Shown: positions 48,701-62,604 of the stretch, piece after piece
Layout: every line of letters begins with the position of its first letter
Position numbering within the stretch: the first letter of the stretch is position 1
Assembly: GCA_046563655.1 (NCBI GenBank)
Contig: CM102286.1
Coordinates: 2,790,001-2,854,000 of the forward strand
Direction of reading: 5' to 3'
Length of the DNA: 64,000 bases
Origin: Yuukianura sp. NJ FZ-2021
Taxonomy: Eukaryota
The notes under the pieces: model-generated
The model's database searches: none
What the model was told of the DNA's origin: nothing
The model's input: only the letters and a program-made list of their open reading frames with translations
Translations under genes and position numbers: made by a program

Positions 48701-51700
48701 GAATTTATGAAGGTTTTGTGACTGCCGCCCATTTGTAATTACGTTAATACTTCAAAGCCCCTTTCGCGTCCCTAGGCTCAATCACTTTCGTTTTTCTCCG
48801 TGTTCACTCAAGAGAAAGTTCTAGGAGGCCCTTCACATCCAGCCAAAAGTGTATGTTCTCATATGTCACAAAATGTGCGTGCAGTCCATGACACACAAAA
48901 AGAGAAAAATAAAATCGATTCTCATCCACGGAATGTTAGGCTAGGTTCCAAATTGACTTTTTCCTATTGCCAAATTCAAACAAAAGGAAAGAGATTTTCA
49001 AGTCACACATTTGAAAAGCAAATTAAAGCCCTTGATATGCATATCACTCTCTAAAATTCCAGCCAAAATTTTGGAAAACACGTTTATCCAAAATTTGCCA
49101 TTTTTTGATTTTGTTATGAAAACCAATACCAAGAGAATTTAAACATTTTGCCAATAGCCAAGGGACAATTTGAGCCTATTGGAAAACGAGAATTGAGGTC
49201 AAAAAGTCAACTGAGACGGTTTTAAGTATAACCAAACCCGAAATGAATAAAGTGTTTTCGTTTAGGTGTGCTTGTTCTCATTTTACTTTATAATAAATGG
49301 GTTCTGCTCGACGCGCAACACGCCCCGATGTCAAACAATTCCACACTGCTATGCTTTCTGTTCAAGAGAAAGTCCTGTTTTTCCCAAGCCGGAAAAACTA
49401 AGAGGTTTGTCCAGCCCATATCGTGTGACAGATGACGGTCGTGAGTTAGCTTACTATTTTCACAAAACCGGTAAAAGCAAGGTTCCTATAGCAACAAAAT
49501 AGAAGGTTAGGCAATAAGTCCCACTTTAAAAAAATCTCTCCCCATACTTTTTTTTCTCACCCAAGTTTCACCCAAAGTTGTTTATCGCTCTTTTTGTGCA
49601 AAAATGTAAAAGTTTGCATCACATTGAACGGTCAGAATGAATAAAAAAATTTGGTTTCCAACAATTGCCAAGGAAACGACAGTTGCCGTGGCTGTCTTTC
49701 TATTTTTGGGAGAAAAAATAGAAAGCGACTTATTGCCTAACCTGTTAAAGAAAAACTATTTTCTTGTTTATAAACATTGGGTAAAAGCCCGTTTTCGGGT
49801 AAAATAGGGAAAATTAGTTCCAAAAACTTGGAAACTTAATTCCAATCCTTCATGGACTCAACAAGCTACAAAAGAGTAAAAAGAAGCCGGAAATTAGGGT
49901 CTAGTGATCCATGGCCACTAGTGCTGAAGTTTGTGGTTGGAATTATGTGTAGTAGTAAGTAGGAGAGGAAATGTTAGGTTGAATAATCTAACCCTAACCT
50001 AAAAAATAGGTTGTAGCTGTGTAGGTATAGATTATGTTTAGTTGAAAAGTAGTAGTTGTTGAGAATGTTTTGTCTCTATTGTTCTTTTCCTGCGGATAAA
50101 GTTACGAAGGCAGGAAGTTAGAATGGCGGGAGGAAGGAAGACAAAGCAGAAATCGATGCTTTCTTTTTTCTTTTCTTACAGGAAACGTAACCCAACTTTT
50201 TCCTGTTCCGTGTTAACGTTTTTTACATTTAGGTTAGATTTAGGCTAAAGTAAAAAAGAAAAGGTGCCAAGCTTTAGCCACTACCGCTGCGATGGAATTA
50301 CAAACGACACCATTGACTTGAATTTGTTTTTTTTTTCTTTTTCCTTTTTTTTTTTGAAATTTTGTTTTCTAACGAACAAAACGATAGAGTTCCATCCTTT
50401 GTTACAATTTGTGAAGTCTCTGTCAAACTAATTGAAAGTCACAAAAGTTAACATTCAAAAGAGAACTCTGACAGTAGAATTAAATAGAACAAACAAAAAT
50501 CGATTCGTTGTGGACTGCTTTTTGCTGTTTGTTGTGAGACAATGGCTCTTCAAACGGAAATAGTTGCGTCGAAATTGAAATTTCAGAAAAACTAGTTATG
50601 ACTAAAAACAACCAGAAATTTAACTGAAATACTTTTTGAAGATGGTCTTGTTAGCCTTTGTCTATGACACCATTAGCTGAATCAACGAAATAAATTTTCG
50701 CCACCAAAATACAAACTTTTTTGAAAAAAGGGAAAGTTGACATGTAAAAAGTAGAGTACGGTTGGTTAATCATAGTAATTTGAATAAAAAGCCAAGCCAT
50801 TGTAAACTTTGAAAATTTTCCTTTCATCCATCACACTAACATTTTTATGCCTAACACTTTTTTCTTTCCTTTTTTGAACTTTTGACAAGGAAAGAATGTT
50901 TGAAAAGACTAACTTTTTAGATGTCTGAAAATTTATGAGAAGTCAATTTCCTTGGACTGAGAAGCATAAATTCGGCAGAAAGTTGACAGCGGAAATTGGA
51001 TTTGAGGCTACTTCAGTTGACTAATTTCTAATTCATTCGAAACTACTGTCGGTCCACTTTGAATGTTCCCGCATAAAACTGATCTAGTGGAGGGATGAAG
51101 TGGGAGACCAAGAGTGTGATTAGTTGGAATTATCCCTAATTCATGTCAAATTTGTCTTATTTTCCGCTCTCTAAAACTAATTCAATGATCCCATGGTTTA
51201 GATTTAAACCTTCCAGCCTCCACTCCAGCCACATCCAATCCAGGAAATCTGGAGTGGAAGTGACAAGATTGAGTGAACTCCGGTGGGCCCTTCCCCACCG
51301 TTCACAACCAGTTTGCTTTTTCAAGTGGATCCTAAATCGAAAACGGGAGTCTTTAACCACAGTGCAGCTCAACTAAACCGAAACCGCACTTGACTTAATT
51401 TGCAGCAGAAAAAAACTGATCCTGCGGCAAGCCAACAAAATTCCAATCTTGGCTAATCCCTTCCTGACCGGAAGATAATCAATATACGGTAGGTGCATTT
51501 GCGCGGGAATTTTGATTCTAGAATCTAGGTCACATGTAGCCTATCCTGACTTCATCAAAACTAACCTGAAAAGTCATACCTCACCTGAATTACGGTAGGT
51601 TACAAAAAAAAACAGGTTTCATGAAAACTAACCTAATTTAACTTGTATAACATAAACTTAATGGTCTTATATAAAACTAAACCTGATCTGATTTTGAAAA

Positions 51701-54700
51701 GAAAAACCAAGTTTTATTTATTGTAAGCAAGACAAAGATTTGTTAGAAAAAAAGGAAAACATTTGAGCAAGAATTTCTTGAAAAAGTTTCATGTGTCAAT
51801 TATTTTGAAAGAAATAGAAGAAAGCATCATTAAGTTATGAAAGAATTGAAGAATTTTTTTAATTTTTTGAAAACAAAAACAAAACTGGAAAAAGTCTCCT
51901 GCCGGACCTGTGAATTGTAAATCTAGCATAAGACATATTCTCCAAGGATCAATTCAGAATACGCCCAGGGGAATAGACGGAGTGTTTCTCTGAAAACTGA
52001 AGATGAAAAATTAAGTTTCATCAAATATGGATTCCAGCGTAGGAGGATGAAGGCGACTCAAGCTCATCCATCACTCAACTCTGATTTTTTTTCTTCAGTG
52101 ATCTTGTTGTCCTTCATCCGAAGAAAGTAGAAAGCTCAGCAGAGACCAAACACAAAAGCCGCTTTTCAAAAACCTTAAGGAATAACAGTTTTTTAGCTAC
52201 TTGGAGATTTGAAAGAAGATCTGCAAACAAATCCCTTCTCTCTGGTGGTTTTTCGTGGCATTTGGCTTATGAATTTTCCATGCATTGGAAATTGAAGCTC
52301 TTTTCTGGAATAAATCAAAGTGAGGGGTGTTTTGAACAGGAGAAAAGCAGTAGGGATAAGGATGCTTTTTAGACGTTTTACCGCGCAGAGATTTTGAAAT
52401 GGTTCCCGGAAAGAAGAGTAATGGTGTGGTGGTGGTGGTGGGGCAATCGACGGTGGTAGTGGAGCAAGGCGGGTTCGTTACGGGAACGGGAAGATCCAAT
52501 AACTAGGAAGTTTCCGCATGAAACATGGAACCAATATCCGAGAGCAAAGTCGGCCTTGTAGTTCCGTATGCCAAGAGTATGAAGGTTCCCAGTGGCTTGT
52601 TTCTACAGAAAAGAGAAAGTGTTGGCCATATCTCTCTTTTCACACTCTCGAATTCACTTTCACTTTTTTAAATTTTCGAGAGCCAGCAGAATGTCCTTGG
52701 CTCGGAACAATTTCTTCTCTCCCGCCGAAAGACACACACAAGCTCTGTCTCCTTTTCCCGCTTGCCTGATTACTCGTTCTTATTTAAATCTTGGCGCTTT
52801 CTTTCTCTGTCGGATCAACCTACACACCCAATCACGCCTCACTTCCTCCAAACATTTTATACCGTCACCAAGAAAATCTAGCAAATAACTCAAAGGACCC
52901 GTATAAGCCCTAGATGCCACTCTCCGAAACTTTGGAGCTTTCTTTTTTAAATTACCCACTAAATTTTTTTCGACGAGCTTAAAAATGAGTGCCAGATTTC
53001 AGATATTACAATTGCTAAAACTCAGTCGCTTTTGTATTAAAAATGTATAAACATTTCAAGAAAATATGACTAAATTATGAGAGGAGGCAAGGTTGATAAA
53101 CACAGAAATACTTTTTCTTTAACAAGTTAGGCAATAACACGAGATTTAAGTTTTTTGGGTAAAATTTTCAAATTGAAATTGTCCAATTTCAACCGCCGTT
53201 GGTATGGTCAAAAATTCAAATACATAGGGCTTTGCACAGTCAAATTCAAAGTAGAAAAATGGAAAAGAAAAAAGGTAAAAAAAATTGTTTGGATCAAGAT
53301 TTTTTGAAAAGTTAGATTATAGCCTAACCTGAGAAAGTTCAATTTTTTTTGTCAAGGAACCTTGGAGAGGAGGTACTCTGACTATGAATTCTCACATCAC
53401 CCCAAAACTAAAATTTTTGCTTCCGGTGATGCCTAGTTGGAGGAAAGGTACAAGAAATAAGGAGAATAAAATAAATTCAAGTTCTTTGTGCATTTTTCAA
53501 AAAATTTTGCGTTCAGGATGATGAGTTATGCTTAAAACGAAGTTGAATGTTAGCTCCTACATAAACGTTCCTTTTTATGTGACTGCAGTGCAAACTTTCG
53601 CTCTAAAATTTTTTTCAGGTGAAAGTTTTACTTGAACTGAAGTTTCTGCAGGAACAGTACTAACAAGGCGCTAGACTTTTGTTTCAAAAATGATTTTCAA
53701 AAATTATTGAAACTGGAATATGTAAAGAACCAGAATTCATTACAAATAAAATAGATTTTGGTTTTTATCAAGAAACCAGAAGGGGGTAACTTGGCCTGTT
53801 AAATACGAAGACACAGAGTGATTTGAAGTAGAAAATTAGAATTTGCTAGCTTTCTAGGACCCTCTTAGACCATTTCTTAGCAGACTTGAATAAAAGCTAG
53901 GTAAGGAGAAAGTGTTCTAACCAGATCGTATGTGTTCTAAAAGTCTTTCTGGTTTGTGTCCTAACGCAGCCCAAGACAAAGTTAGTCTTTTGTCAGCCAT
54001 TCAATTCAATATGAACAAAACCCAAAGTTAGGCAGACGGAAGGAGGAAAGCGGGATTAAAAATTCAATTAACTCTCCTCATTCCCTGCTCTAGAAACTGC
54101 TCAGGAAGACAATTCTCTTGAATTTCAAAATGTTCATCTCCATTATCTCCTTCACTTGAATTATACAAATAATAGAGTTTCAGTTTTAGAACCTCCTGAG
54201 ACTCACAAAATTAGGAAATGAAAGTCAAACTTTCTCTTTTCAAAATCTTCAGAAACCTAAAACTGGAAATTCTTTTCAAGAGGATCTTATGGTTTCTAAT
54301 TTTCTCAGAAACTCAGAAAAAACTAAGGAAATCGAAAGCTAATGTATCCTTATGTGACAGTTTGCGACATTCCTAGAGGTTAAGCTGTCTGTTCTTTTGA
54401 AATTGAGAAAATTTTAGGGTGCAGTTGACATTAAAAGGAATGACAAGTAGATGGGTTCGTCGTTTTCATTTCGATGCAGAAACTTTCAAGTTGTCAAAAA
54501 AGCACTTGAAGAGTGAACATGAATTTGGTGGAGTTTGGTGACATTTGACGCTAAAGTGTGCCAATTCTCATGCAATGAACTTTCACTTTTGACAAGGTTT
54601 GGAAATCGAAACCTAAGCTAAAATTGTATGAAAAGTCATTTGGATTTCAAGTAAGGTCAAAAGTTGAATTTCTTTGTTAATGCAATTACAGTATTCTCAG

Positions 54701-57700
54701 GGTAGACTTCTTCGTTTTAGCAAATTTTAAAGTTTAGAATTCATTTCCATTGCAAAGTGAAGGAATGAGGTAATCAAAGTCTCAAGTCAGGAAAAGAAAA
54801 GTTCTTTTTTCGCTGCAATTTCAATTCAAAGTGATCCTCATGCATTTTCAGTTCAGACTTAAGAAAGCCTTTTCAAGCCAAAGACGGCTAGAAACGTTAG
54901 GAGTTAGGCGCATTATAACGCAGACGCCAAAACTTTTGAAAAAGAATTGCCTTTTTGAATTTGAAAAATGCCAAAAAAGACGGCGAAATGCTATACAAAT
55001 TTCCGTCTGGTTGTCAAAAAACAACTTTTTTTTTTGTAAAAGATTTAAACTTTAGAGTTTTAGAAAGAAATTGTTTTCAAACAAATGCTGGCTATTGACG
55101 AACTCCAAAACGTTTGTCAATCATAAAACAAAATCAGGATCCAAATCAATTTCCATACCTATCCTGTCTCTTGTTCAACCAAATGCAGTTTCATGCAACA
55201 ATTCACAACTTTCGCTGACCGTTACTACAAAAGTGAAACCGGCCGCTGCTGCTCATTTCCTGTTTGATGAAATCCAAAGATCAATACATGCCAGTGCCTA
55301 TTCTTCACCTACGCCCATCCTTAGCTTCTGGACACACAATGACATTTCCGAAGAATAGATCCAACCAAGTATAATTGTTAGACTTGAATGATCCGACTCC
55401 ACTTTGGCCACTGAAGGTGTCATTACCTGAGCCCATTTGGACTCAATTCACAAAGAAGATCGAAGAAGTTCTTCTCGCGGAGCCAATGACAATGCCAATG
55501 GCACTGGCATTGTCATCAAACTCATCCGAATTTTTCCGGAGGCCAATTTTCGTCCAAAGCTGTCTCTCCTACTGCAATGGTATGCTGCGGGGGAGGGGCT
55601 TCAGGGTTCGCAGCACATTGCCAGTATATAGTAGTACACTAAAGGGGTCAATGCCGTGCTGATGGTGAAATTTGGCATTGCTAGCTATGGATCCAGAGTA
55701 TAGCACTTGTTTCAGATGAAATTTGCACAAAATCTTAGAGCAAGGTTCCTCGACGACGAGAAGTTAATTTTCCTCAACAGGTTCAGGACTACCGTGGTTG
55801 TTGACAAAAAAAAACAAAACAAAAATTGGTACCAACTCCCAAAAATTAATGCCAATTCGTATATAAAATTTAAAAAAAATTGACTGTATTGTTATGACTA
55901 CGATGCTCAGAAATGAAAAGTTTCAAAATCGAAATAACATGAGGTATTACACAACCTGTTAAAGAAAATCAAAGTCAACAAACCTTGGCCTTAGAGTGTG
56001 GCGTAGAATGTTCAGATCATGTCGGTTTCCTGATTATATTTTGTAAAGAGAGGTATGAAAATTGATTAACTTCCCTTTGCGTTAATTAATTGTGAGAAAT
56101 TTTCAGAAATCGAGATGAAGTAGTTTTTTTAATGAAAAATGTTATACAACACCATTAATTTCACTAATCCATTAATATGTTGGAAGATAGATGAGAGTTT
56201 TACAATAGCTTTGTTTCAAGAATTTCGAAACTTTATCTTTTCAAAAATTTCACGAAAGGAGTTTCCAAAGGATTCCTTTACTTTCAAAGAATAATTTTTT
56301 CCTTTCATCCTTCCTCAGTAAAGGATTTCTCACAGACTGAGATGCTGCAGCAGGTTGTCAAATTTTTACATTTCAAAGTAAATCTTCCAGTTTTTTAAAT
56401 TCGAAAAAAATTATCCAGGAAAAGCTCACTCTCAGAATGAAGTATAAATCCCACCATCCTATCAACTTTTCCTCCAGATTTTTTTTTTCAATTTTGTATT
56501 AAAAAACTTTCACATGATGATCCTTCTACTCCTCTCTTTTGACAGAATTTTAGCATTTTAGGAGAAGAAAAACGTTAGAGGGATCTTCTATTGTTCCGTT
56601 TTTCATATCCAACCGGATAAAGCTAAAGCTTGAAACATGTTTTTTTGTATTTTCCCGCCATTTGAGAAAAGAACGCAGTACACGGTGATTCTCTAGCGTG
56701 AGGTTAAATGGGCTTCATTTATGGCAACGTCGATAAGTTCCTCATCCATTTTTCAGTATGATGCTCACTTCCAAAATTTGAAAACACCTCCACGACGATG
56801 CCTTTGAAAGTATGGCATCGTGGAAAAAAAAATACAGCCGTGGTGGAAAGCGTGTGCAAACAATTTCGCTCGTTTTCGTTCACGCTGAGACATTAATTAG
56901 AGGTGTGAACTTTCTAACGCTCGGGAGTGGAGGCAGTGAAAGTAGAAAGTGTAGGAACTTAGGCTGGGTTTATTGCCCTAATCTTAAAAGAAAAACAACA
57001 CACCGGCCTTGACGGGAGTAACTACGATTCTGTTTTCTCAGCATCGAAAAAAGCACTTTCCTTTTTTGCTAAAAGGCAATCTCAACTACAGCTACAAAAA
57101 AAAAAACTACAAAAATGACACCAACATGAGAAAGCAAAATAGTGTAGCTGTATGTTTAAGGATGGGCGGATCATGTTAGCTTTGACCTTTGACCGAATAC
57201 GACATTACACGAGTTGCCGTTCAGAAGGCAACAGAAACAAAAAGAGGAGAAAACTATAAAAAGTCAGTTTAAGTTTCTATTTGATTGCTAAGGGACAATG
57301 ACATTTTCAAAGAAAATTGGATTCTTAAAGCCGCCTCGAAAACACTCTTTTCCTGTCTTTATTGTGGGGACATAAACAGGAAGGAAAGGAAATTAAAGGA
57401 GGAGATTTCCGTCTTTAGAAACTGCTAATAAAAGACACCGGAATAGGTAAATACTTTTTTAAATTGCAAGCTCAAACAAAAAAAAAGACTACCACATAAC
57501 TGACACAGCGACATCAGTAGTTAGTTCGTAGTAGAACTTATTAAGAGCAAATTAAAAATTATACTATATGTATAAAAAATATGTTGCTGTACTGTCAAAA
57601 CAGAAAATGGAAAACATGAGAGCTGATACCAGCGCAGTAAAATTTTTACAGCAAAACCAGTTTTTAGATAATTAAAATTGTAAGCTGCTTTTGAGCTCAG

Positions 57701-60700
57701 CCTTCGTTTGAAATTCCTCCAACAATACATATTATTATATGCTTTTCCATTTTTCAAGTTATGATTTTTAGTTTTCATTTTTTTTATTGTGTTAAACTTG
57801 AATGTTAGCTGGAATGAGATCAAAGTGTAATCACAATATCACAACTTTGAGTTCATAAAAACTTTTTAGTTCTGAACTTTTTTTTTGAAAAGTGCTAATG
57901 AATTTAAATAAAAGTTTAAAAGTAGATTTTGTCTACTAACCAGGCCACGACAAACGAGGAAACTGTGCCATCTCAACCGCTCATACGAACCTCAACTTTA
58001 TTTTTCAAACTTTTTACTTTTTTGTTAGAAATTCGGTTTTGGCATAACTGAAGTGAAAAAATTTATGAGATAACTATGATGGAACGAACAGAATATTTGG
58101 TGAAAGTTCACTTTTTCAGTTTTTCTGACAAAAATTCCCAAATTAAATAAAATATCTCGCGGTTATATGTAAAATATTGACGCTAGAAAGTTTTTCAGCT
58201 CAAAGGTTCAAACAATTTTTTCCAAGGAATCACTGCTTTCCTTTAAAGCTTCAGTGTTGAAAGAGGAGCAAACGAAGACGTATGTATCAATTTAAAAAGA
58301 AAATTTTTTGAATGCGAATCACTAGCAGGTCTTTCCCTCTTGAGACTTTTCGAAAAAAAAAAACATTGAAAAGAAGAAAGTTGAGGGAAAAGAAACCAAG
58401 AAAGAAGCATGGAATCATTGGCCTTAGAAGTTCCGTATTTCAAAAAGAAAGTTTTTTTTTTCAAAATGCGCTGTTTGGGCTTTTATATGCGTTCTGGCTC
58501 AACACAAACTACGCTCATCCGCTTTTTCTTCTTTTTTTAAATATGCAGAGGCGCGGAAAGATTTTGGAAAAAAAAATGGTACAAATAAATCCTACTTTGC
58601 TTCTTTGCTCGTCGGGGTTTCATATTTTGAACAACAAAAAAGAAGCTTTCACCTTATTCATAATATTTTTCATCATGCTAATGAGTTCCAATTCTTCATG
58701 CACATTCATGAGTTAGTAAAAAAAAAGTTGCAAAAGTGAAAAAAAGTAAAAACGTGAAAAAGAAAATATAGGCAGAATTTAAATTTTTTGAAAAAAAGAA
58801 GAAAACTTTTCCAGCGTTTCGCCCAGATCCTTATGCTTACTGACTTCTTAAGGCTTTCTGACACCTTTATGCTTTTCTTTCTCTTCTCTGAGAGTATTAC
58901 GGTTAGGGAAGAAAGTTGTGGCTTGAGGGACCTGGTATGAAAAGTTTTCAAACTTTTTTTTTTTTGAAAAAAAAAATGAAAAAAACGAAAACTTTTTTTT
59001 ATTCATCTTGAAATGCGGAGGGAAACAAAAGAGAAAGTTTGTAGAATACTTCCAGTTTCAAAAGAAACTTTCACCAAGAGATGCCACTTTGTGCATAATT
59101 ACATCATCTCTAAACTATGTGGACGTGAATATACTAGTGCATGCGTATTACAACAAATATGAAATGTATTTGCTCCTGCTCCATTCATAGTACAGACAAC
59201 TTTCCAAGTTAGAAAAAGTGCAAAATACAAAACAAATGGCAATTGGACCACAGAGGGGTTGGTCCAATCGCCATTGCAATATCGATCATTTACCATTTCA
59301 TACGTCACTTTGTCGGTTTAACGCCAAGTATTATGTATATATCTGTGTATACGTGTAAGTTATTTTGTAGTCCTCAACTGCCACTGCCATTGATTTTGTA
59401 TTTTGCACTTTTTCAAACCTGAAAAGTTGTCTGTACATATATGAATATGATCTGTGTTGCTTTTGCACCAACGCCTTAGCACAAACCACAAAATTTGATT
59501 CCTTGTAAACAAAATATTACTCAAAAAGCTCGGGCCTTTTTTGAAATTTTTTAGAAGAATTCTAAAGTTGATAACTAAAATTTGTTTTATTCGAAAGTTG
59601 GCAAAGGTCAAAGTTGTAACAGTTCAGCGCAAAATTCTTGAAATATTTTTAGTGGTGAACTGTAGACTATGAATTCACAAAATTGTTATTGCTCTGTGCT
59701 TTGCATCTCCGATTAATTTTTTTTTAAATTGAAAAAGAAACTACCAGACTTCATCATGTATAAAAGGCAATGTGTTGAAAAATAAAAAATAAATCTCCAG
59801 CTTCGATATTTACTCAATTTAATTGACAACGCGAAGTCAATAACACGTTTTTTTTCGTTGAGCACAATGACTTAAGTGTCCGCAAATTCGACAGAAATTG
59901 CGAAACAAAAAGTCCTTTTCAGATGAAAGAAAAGTGGTGGATAAGCTTCTTTTTTTGTTTGTCTTGCTCAATTTCTTTCCGGTTTGTTAAAAGCTTCCAC
60001 TTTTCTGTTCACTGCTTTTGATAAAGTAACTAAGGCAACTTCTGTTTAAGTTTTAGTCACAACTAAAAGAAAAACCTCTTAGGCTATTGTCCGTTCAAAC
60101 TAGTCAAAGAGTTGCATGCCTTTTTCTTTTTCAAGCTTCACTAACTATTTCGTAGATCGAAAACACGTTTTTGTAAACGTGTTCAAAATATTTCTTGCGC
60201 GTGCAGCTAACACAAGTTTGATTTCTTTTTAAAACTGGACGCTAGCAGAAGCTGAAAAATTTTCTAAGTTGAAACACATTTGAGAAAACATTGAAAGGTT
60301 ATGGTCTTATTGAAATTTCGAAAGTTGTTGTAAAAACCAGCTTCTGCTTCTACGTAGCTTTAGTATCTGGAAAGTAAATTTTTAAATTTTGCAAAAATTC
60401 GATAAAGCTGAAAAGGAAGTACTTGGTAACTAAAAGGCGCGATTTGAAACTTCGAAAACTAAATCTTTTGTTATTAGATTTCTGCAAAACTAAAAAACTA
60501 CGTTGGTGACCAAAAGTACAGCATTAAAAGACTCAAACCCTATTGCAAAAAAATCTTTGAAAGCTAAAGTTTTGTCATTAGTTTGAAACAAGCTAAAAAC
60601 TATTTTGTGTAAACATTACACAAACTCATTTTACTTTTGGAAGAGGATGGAGGAATTTTAGGATAGGCGTCAGAGGTCAACTTAAGAAAACTTTAATTAA

Positions 60701-62533
60701 TCCAATCCCTTAAAGTTTAACATAATTTGGGGGCCCTTAAGCTTTGTCCTGAACCGTTTGACTTCTTTTCTCAGAAAATTCTCCTCAGAGTCAAGATTTG
60801 TTGAGGAAATTTGAGCCAAGGGAGCCCTTTGACATAAAAATAATTAAAACCTTCGACCCGCTTTCTCCTTTCTTCTGGTGGTTGGACAGAACAGGGCAGG
60901 AATGCAACGAGGCGGACAGACAAAGCAGTCAACTGGATAACAAAAAAAAAGTCTAGTTTAACAAAGGACTAGGATAGTAATATATTCTTTTGTGAAATTT
61001 CTGGAGATGAGAGATCAGGACATCACGCGTCTTTAATCTAAGACCAATTCAATCTTCCAAAGTCAGAAAGTACAAAACACGGATGTCAAGATGCTTGAGA
61101 TTTAAAAAAAAAACATGTCCAATTTCAGCTGTCTGTTCCAGAGAAAGTCTCAAATGTGGCTCAAGAGCCGACAATTGTGACTTGAACAAATATTATCAAA
61201 TTTTGAATCGTAAAATTTCAAAAGAATTACTTTTTAACTGAGGCGTACGAAAACCTGCGTACCTCTGAAATCACTTTTTGTTTATTTGCTGAATTGTGAG
61301 GGGAAAATAGTTTCATAAAAAAACCAAAAACCAAAATGATTGTTTTGTATCAGATTCAGAGTTTTCAGCTAAAAAGTTAGGTTTTCCTTTCTATACTTTT
61401 AGTTGTCACCAGGAAAAAAGAATTTCGACTCTACTGGTTTTCATGCCCCTCACTGCAAATCTTTGTTGAAACCTTAACTTTTCATTTTATACTTTTTTAC
61501 TTTTGTTTAAAAACTTTTGTTATCTGAAGTCTTTTGAAGAGGTTTGGAGAAGTTTGTCAGCTGGAAGAAATAACTTCATCTTAAAAATAGTTTTCATCGG
61601 CTGTTGCGATTTGACCTCAAAGGGGACTACGAATTTCTGGAATTCTTTTGACTTTCACTTTTTTTTTTAAACCCAGACAGCTTTATCTGGAATTTGAAAA
61701 AATAGGAAAGTAAAAGTAAAATTCGTCGAAATTCTTTTGTTTATCTTGGAGTTGTTAAATATTCCCCAGCTATTTCCATGTTTGCTCTTCTTCTAGATTT
61801 TGTCAAGTGGAAACTTTAACCAAAAAAATTATCCATTTGGAAACCTGAAGAAAATTTCCACGTGAAAATTTCTTTTTTTCCCCTTTAGTTATTCTTTCTA
61901 AAAACTAAGTGGCGTGTTCACCGTAGCTTAAACGGGAGAAAGTGGAAAAAGCGACACATCATCGCTTATCGACTTGATGGGATCATCAAAAGGGCAGTCA
62001 TTTGTAAACTCATAATTAACCCTGTTAGGCCCGCAGTCACGAGCCCATTAGTGTCACCTCCTTCAGCACAGAAGTGGAAGTTAGGCTATCAGTTTAGCTT
62101 TGTTAGGTTAACCTGAGTACCATACAGATTAAGTTAGGTGTATAGAAAATGATAGGTTGGAATCAGAAACCATTAAGGCTTATAAAATAAATTTGACCTC
62201 CAGCGTTTTCGTTGCCGCAGGCAATTTTGTTTCGCCTTCTTCCGATATCGTTTTACATTGGTTTTTACTACGGGGCTATTCGAGACTTCGGGAAAACTAA
62301 CTTTTAGGTTAGGCGTGGGATTACTTTTGAGGAAAATGAAGTCAAAGGGCTTTGTTTCTAGCCTGGATCATACCTTTAATAAAGTCCAAGCTCTCCTGGA
62401 GCCCGCGTGTGTCCGTGTCACAGTCATCTAGAATGTGGACTCCGAGTTCAATTCCAGGCAGGATTTGTCCATTTTCCTTTGCGTTGATGTAGTCTACTGT
62501 GTACAGCATTGTTTCCAACGCCTGGATTCCGCC
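27793..62533 (-). CDS. mtt: Class C GPCR, metabotropic glutamate receptor-like, mangetout/DmXR type; 16 exons in window, 5' end beyond the right edge
   Basis: Exons 62533-62374, 46511-46360, 46154-45984, 44290-44146, 42563-42312, 40152-39981, 39154-39042, 38368-38213, 35675-35539, 34784-34672, 32670-32488, 31217-31025, 29758-29474, 28726-28689, 28610-28342, 28211-27793; sum 2958 nt, in frame. Venus flytrap domain (ILDDCDTDT...[81 protein letters not shown]), Cys-rich domain (SVCSDEC...CCWNC), 7TM ([62 protein letters not shown]). The [26 protein letters not shown] strings match my recollection of Drosophila mangetout rather than mGluRA. Confidence 0.92.
31248..31479. mobile_element. MITE, CAAGG...CCTTG family
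   Basis: Ends gaagggtcgtaaac / gttgtcaaaaaccttg; flanks tgtaaaat / cgtaaaat (7/8 TSD). Confidence 0.7.
32958..33192. mobile_element. MITE, CAAGG...CCTTG family
   Basis: Ends caaggtttgttgac / gtcaaggaaccttg; flanks ccccagtg / ctccggtg (6/8). Opposite-orientation relative of 55741-55987. Confidence 0.8.
36099..36930. mobile_element. Non-autonomous hAT-like DNA transposon (832 bp)
   Basis: TIRs caggcctgtcaaacatatgt / acatatttttgacaggcctg (19/20) and perfect 8-bp TSD tacataaa on both sides. No transposase ORF. Confidence 0.88.
37787..38024. mobile_element. MITE, CAAGG...CCTTG family
   Basis: Ends caaggttccttaacaac / gtttacaaaccttg; flanks atccgaac / ctccgaac (7/8). Close relative of 62605-62840. 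Confidence 0.8.
42055..42269. mobile_element. MITE, CAAGG...CCTTG family
   Basis: Ends ctaggttcctatagcaac / gtttacaaaccatg; internal ggttaggcaataa / ttattgcctaacc; flanks acctgccc / acctgcct (7/8). Confidence 0.75.
49478..49779. mobile_element. MITE, CAAGG...CCTTG family
   Basis: Ends caaggttcctatagcaac / gtttataaacattg; internal aggttaggcaataagtc / gacttattgcctaacct; perfect TSD ggtaaaag. Confidence 0.82.
53088..53365. mobile_element. MITE, CAAGG...CCTTG family
   Basis: Ends caaggttgataaac / gtcaaggaaccttg(g); flanked by direct repeat (g)agaggagg. Confidence 0.82.
55741..55988. mobile_element. MITE, CAAGG...CCTTG family
   Basis: Ends caaggttcctcgac / gtcaacaaaccttg(g); flanks tcttagag / ccttagag (7/8). 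Confidence 0.8.
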
Positions 62534-62604
62534 CTGCAATATATCGTAAAAGTTCAGACTCCCGAAACAGCAATTTGACACAGAAACAGAAAAAAAAAGT
62601 TTTG

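Noticed and set aside
51143..55662. Short ORFs in GC-richer patches of the 16-kb GPCR intron, as a nested gene or missing LRR exons
   Set aside because: No LRR or other motif; the candidate exons I translated hit stops; the flanking GPCR exons join without them (DFIKG|SISN).
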